A stretch of 63,143 bases of DNA, the filler included, from Bacteriovoracaceae bacterium (lineage in GTDB: Bacteria; Bdellovibrionota; Bacteriovoracia; Bacteriovoracales; Bacteriovoracaceae): assembly GCA_018649885.1 (NCBI GenBank). It is 4 parts of 4 records of this genome, joined end to end, with 100 filler letters (N's around TTAATTAATTAA, not from the genome) between each part and the next. Parts side by side here need not be neighbours in the genome. Positions count along the whole stretch, not along the records: positions 39,894 to 60,695 come from JABIHA010000009.1; positions 60,796 to 63,143 come from JABIHA010000005.1; 2 more parts are not named here. One strand, written 5' to 3'. Numbering within the stretch: the first letter of the stretch is position 1; the number at the start of each line of letters is the position of its first letter. The notes beneath the pieces were generated by a model, which was given only the letters and a program-made list of their open reading frames with translations, was not told the origin of the DNA and searched no databases. Shown piece after piece: positions 59,604 through 63,143 of the stretch. The translations under genes and the position numbers were made by a program.

Positions 59604-59996
59604 ATGATTTCTCCGATCGAAGATCATGACTGGGTTGAAAAGAAACATAATCATTTGGGTCCGGACCAGGAAGAATCGGCTCCCAAATGTAACTCAAACT
59701 CGTCAAAATACTTTATGTTGCTAAAAAATGAGCTGGATGAACTTGAACACAACCAGGGTTTTATTGGCAAGTCGCTTACAAGTGCATGTTTTATTAGCAT
59801 CGGCATCGCATTTCCTTTGGCCATATTCGCTTTGCCAATATTCCCATCTGATTATTACAAGTCGTTCCTTCTAACTTTTTTTATAGTCTTTTTCTTGAAC
59901 TTTTCTATGCAGCAAGTAATTAAGAGGAAAATTAAAAATATTTCTCATAAAAAAGATCAGTTCTTAATAAACCAAAAGAGAAAGGCATTGCATTAA
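59604..59996 (+). CDS. Two-TM hypothetical protein
   Basis: 130-aa ORF with hydrophobic hairpin. Confidence 0.6.
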   Translation: MISPIEDHDWVEKKHNHLGPDQEESAPKCNSNSSKYFMLLKNELDELEHNQGFIGKSLTSACFISIGIAFPLAIFALPIFPSDYYKSFLLTFFIVFFLNFSMQQVIKRKIKNISHKKDQFLINQKRKALH

Positions 59997-60092
59997 TGGA
60001 GGAATGACCAAGGTGGGAAATATTCAATAAATGTAAATGGATTTTAATTTAATCATTATGAAAATTGAGCAACTCAATTTTTACTTAATAGC

Positions 60093-60392
60093 TTGGTGAG
60101 GGAAATTCAAATGACTGAGTTTGCTATTAAAACACAACGAAGGAATGGCGAGATGATGAACCTAATGGTAATTTTAGCATCGATGTTTACTATGATTTTT
60201 TTTATTCCTTGGATATTAATTGTAACAGCTCCCGTTGCTACTGCTGTTCTAGCATTTTTATTGATTGGTAAATATACTTTTCAATTTGCTAAAAGATTCT
60301 TTGCTTCTAAAGAAAAAAGCGCAGAGAAAAGCAGAGTAAAAGATTATGAGTATAGCAACTTAAAAAAAACAATTAGAAATTGGATGTTTTAA
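60093..60392 (+). CDS. Small membrane hypothetical protein
   Basis: 99-aa ORF with long hydrophobic stretch. Confidence 0.55.
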   Translation: MVREIQMTEFAIKTQRRNGEMMNLMVILASMFTMIFFIPWILIVTAPVATAVLAFLLIGKYTFQFAKRFFASKEKSAEKSRVKDYEYSNLKKTIRNWMF

Positions 60393-60557
60393 CCTAACAC
60401 AAGTAGCCAAATAAACGAAAGGAAGTCTGGTGATACTGTACTTTTGAAAATTCCAAGAGAGTTGGCGACGGGCCAAGATATTTTTATCAAAACTATATTA
60501 GCTTTGATGAGTGATGATAAAAGGAGCGTTGTTTACTAGATATAAGTAACTAATATG

Positions 60558-60695
60558 CAGTAGTCACGACTTGCGTTTACAAAACGCCCTCAGTCAAAAT
60601 AAAATTTCAGTGTCAATTGGTTGAAATTTCCTGCGACATTTCAACTCTATTTTTACTAGCTGCGGGCCATTTTGTTTGACCCTCTTCCTTCTGAG
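60558..60695 (-). mobile_element. End of a multicopy IS-like element (copy 2)
   Basis: Identical to 39656-39793, at a contig end. Confidence 0.7.
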
Positions 60696-60795
60696 NNNNN
60701 NNNNNNNNNNNNNNNNNNNNNNNNNNNNNNNNNNNNNNNTTAATTAATTAANNNNNNNNNNNNNNNNNNNNNNNNNNNNNNNNNNNNNNNNNNNN
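60696..60795. other. Artificial contig linker
   Basis: N-TTAATTAATTAA-N. Confidence 0.97.
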
Positions 60796-61107
60796 AAGGT
60801 ACATGAGGCCCAGGATGAAAAATCATCCACTTAGTATTCAGCAATTTGGCAATAAGGTAATATCACAGTTTTTGTGATAGATGATCACAAGGGACCGTGA
60901 ACTACTGAAGCCGAGGAATACGAGGGTGAAGCGGGTGTACTCAGCACCAACAGCAGCAAGCGTCGGGGGCATCGTAGTCAAGGATTCGACACGTATGATA
61001 ACGACCTCAGAGGTTTAAATGTGAAGCCCAGAAACCCTCTGCGCTCCACGCTGGACGGAAGGCCCTAATCAAACAGGTTGAGACTGTTTCTATAGGTATT
61101 CATAGGT
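60796..61107 (+). mobile_element. Probable non-coding right end of an IS110-type element (candidate bridge-RNA region)
   Basis: GC-richer, hairpin-rich non-coding block at a contig start, ending TTGA..CATAGGT; family assignment is from recalled resemblance only. Confidence 0.45.
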
Positions 61108-61278
61108 CAAACTTTTATTGGTGATCACTTGATATAGAGAAGGATTACTGACCTCGATACCGTTTTCAATTTGGCAATATTTTAAAAAGCTAGTTTGGGC
61201 AAGTAGCCCCCGTTGGGATCAAACTGGAGGGTAATAGATTTCTGGTCGCCATGAAATGGGTTTATGATATTGGGGTGA

Positions 61279-61355
61279 TTGTGTCGGGAATTTTGGAAAT
61301 GTGAAATTCTGTGCTGGAAGGGGTTTTGAGCGTTACTGCTGAAGATGGGGTTAAA
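61279..61355 (+). repeat. ~77-bp direct repeat, copy 1
   Basis: TTGTGTCGGGA..GTTTTGAGCGTTACTGCTGAAGA..TTAAA; matches 62825-62900. Confidence 0.8.
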
Positions 61356-61592
61356 GAAAACAATAGATAGAATTTTTCAATAAATTAAAAAACTATCAAA
61401 TTTGAATAAAAGTATCATGCACTAAGTCCTCTAGGTGTGGACGTACCCAAACCCTACCCAACCCCCCTATTTCAGCTAGTTAGGAATATTTTCATGTTAA
61501 AAATTCATTAAGGAGGGGCGCGTTTTTACAACAATGACGCGCCGCAAATGTCTCTGGGGTATATCTTTCTCACAGACAAAGGATGGCAGCAT

Positions 61593-62564
61593 ATGAAAAA
61601 GTTTATAACTCTTACTTTTTTAACTCTCATAATTACGACAAAGGTGAGCGCAAAAGATTCATCTGTTTTTGAGATGATTAACTTTCAAAAGCTTATTCAG
61701 TCAATCGATTTAGGTGTGGGTGTTCAAAGTTATAATTTTCCTCTCTATTTTAGTGAGTACAATGGTCGTGCCTATATAGGAGACGAAGAAGATAGTTTAA
61801 GTGGATGGACCCATGCTTTTCTTTTAGAAGTTGATACAGAAGTCAGAAATTCTGATTTGGATAAAACAACTAAAGTAGGCCTTCAAATTCTTCCTGCAAA
61901 CGTAAGGATACGAATTCTTCCTTATAAAGGAATGCCACTTGATGTGGATGTCGCCAGGCTAGCAATTGCTAAAATTTTACTACCTCATGGATTTTCTATA
62001 TTTGCACCTGGAGTTGATGTAAGGCCCAGAGGAAGTGATGAGTTGACTGCAAAAGCGTTGGACCGATTTGATAGAAATGGATCAGGCGAGAGTACAATAG
62101 TAGAGTTCAACCCTCTTGCCATAGAGATCGTTAGACTCTCATGGGAGAAAAATGTAGTTGATAATGAAATTCTTACTCTTAATATTGAAACCCATCTATC
62201 GGCCGGTGTTTTAATAGATCAAGAAATGTATGGTGACGGTCGATATATTGGTTATAAGTATGGATTTTTTAGCACTGGAATTACTGTAAGAGCTGATATT
62301 TTAGACATCTTTTTTCTAGAAGCAGGTCACCATCTAGAGGCCCACATAGATCAGAACGATGTAGAATACAATGAGATTTATACAGAATTTTCATTTGGTG
62401 TTGGAGTTCATTTAAATAAAAACCTTGATCTTAAAATGGAGTTTTCAAAAACTCCAAATATGGACACGAAATTTGGCCGCTTTATGTTTGTTCTTGAAGG
62501 CAATTTGGGTAGTTCAAAAATTATGAAACAAAGAAAGAAGGCCTTGAAAAGAGATCAAGACTAA
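61593..62564 (+). CDS. Secreted/outer-membrane beta-rich hypothetical protein
   Basis: Signal peptide MKKFITL..VSA; amphipathic strands in C-terminal half. Confidence 0.75.
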   Translation: MKKFITLTFLTLIITTKVSAKDSSVFEMINFQKLIQSIDLGVGVQSYNFPLYFSEYNGRAYIGDEEDSLSGWTHAFLLEVDTEVRNSDLDKTTKVGLQILPANVRIRILPYKGMPLDVDVARLAIAKILLPHGFSIFAPGVDVRPRGSDELTAKALDRFDRNGSGESTIVEFNPLAIEIVRLSWEKNVVDNEILTLNIETHLSAGVLIDQEMYGDGRYIGYKYGFFSTGITVRADILDIFFLEAGHHLEAHIDQNDVEYNEIYTEFSFGVGVHLNKNLDLKMEFSKTPNMDTKFGRFMFVLEGNLGSSKIMKQRKKALKRDQD

Positions 62565-62824
62565 GATGGACTAATACAAGGTCTTAGCTTGTAGTAATTC
62601 CATTTTTTTAAGGGCCCTGGTCGGGCACCCTAAGGCCCATAAATGGAGAACCGTTAAGGTTGTCGATAGAGTTAGGGGGCATTTGAGCTATGGGAGTAGG
62701 GGGGGGATGGTGCCAGTTCTGCCTTAACCCGATAGGTTTTTGATCTCAATTTGTGGAAATGCTGGCATAAATCATCCTGATTTAAATGAGAAAAGATGAT
62801 TATACTCCCTTGGTACCAGGGTAG

Positions 62825-62900
62825 TTGTGTCGGGAGTTTTGAAAATGTGAACCCTATGCTGGAAAGAGTTTTGAGCGTTACTGCTGAAGAACGGCTTAAA
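62825..62900 (+). repeat. ~77-bp direct repeat, copy 2
   Basis: Imperfect copy of 61279-61355. Confidence 0.8.
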
Positions 62901-63143
62901 CTCTAATTTATTTTTAACTAAAAAATTAATCTAGTTGCCTTCCTGTTATGTGACCGTAGCCAAAAATATCAATAGGATCTCTGCTTTTAATTTTAATTTT
63001 ATTTCCCACATTTCCTTCAAGTGGTTTTTGCAGTTGAAAAGTCATCCACTGTAACGGCCGAATTATCACCCACCCCGTGGTTAAATTAAATTCCTCTTTT
63101 CAATCATTTAGATTCTCTTCTTCTTAATTTTAAAGGAGCAGGG

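Noticed and set aside
60558..61107. Sequences on both sides of the third gap as one mobile element
   Set aside because: The join is artificial, and the same left-hand sequence at the second gap is followed by unrelated DNA

Overview
AT-rich bacterial scaffold whose gene repertoire (flagellin, soluble PAS chemoreceptor, many orphan secreted proteins, CxxCH-barrel/YceI module) suggests a Bdellovibrionota (Bacteriovoracaceae-like) genome; the taxonomy is inferred, not proven. The window is four contigs joined by artificial N-TTAATTAATTAA-N linkers (15999-16098, 39794-39893, 60696-60795), so synteny across the gaps is unreliable. Most contig ends carry IS fragments: IS3, IS481, two identical copies of another IS-like end, and a probable IS110-type non-coding end. 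Coding content: chemotaxis/flagellin block; cytochrome c/YceI/barrel module; CotH-like/VTC pair; surface-glycosylation cluster with tal and gmhB; pspC-pspA-htrA operon with a divergent small regulator; sulfur module; two-component genes; KamA radical SAM and aminotransferase; secreted orphans, one with an RNRNPR repeat; two flavoenzymes. The most notable region is an accessory regulatory island (about 53-60.4 kb). It holds a sensor-less sigma-54 activator facing a consensus -24/-12 promoter, a CRP/FNR regulator, CBS and HPF-like proteins, three tiny Zn-ribbon proteins, and an unannotated ~745-nt ORF-less group II intron RNA with an intact catalytic domain V.
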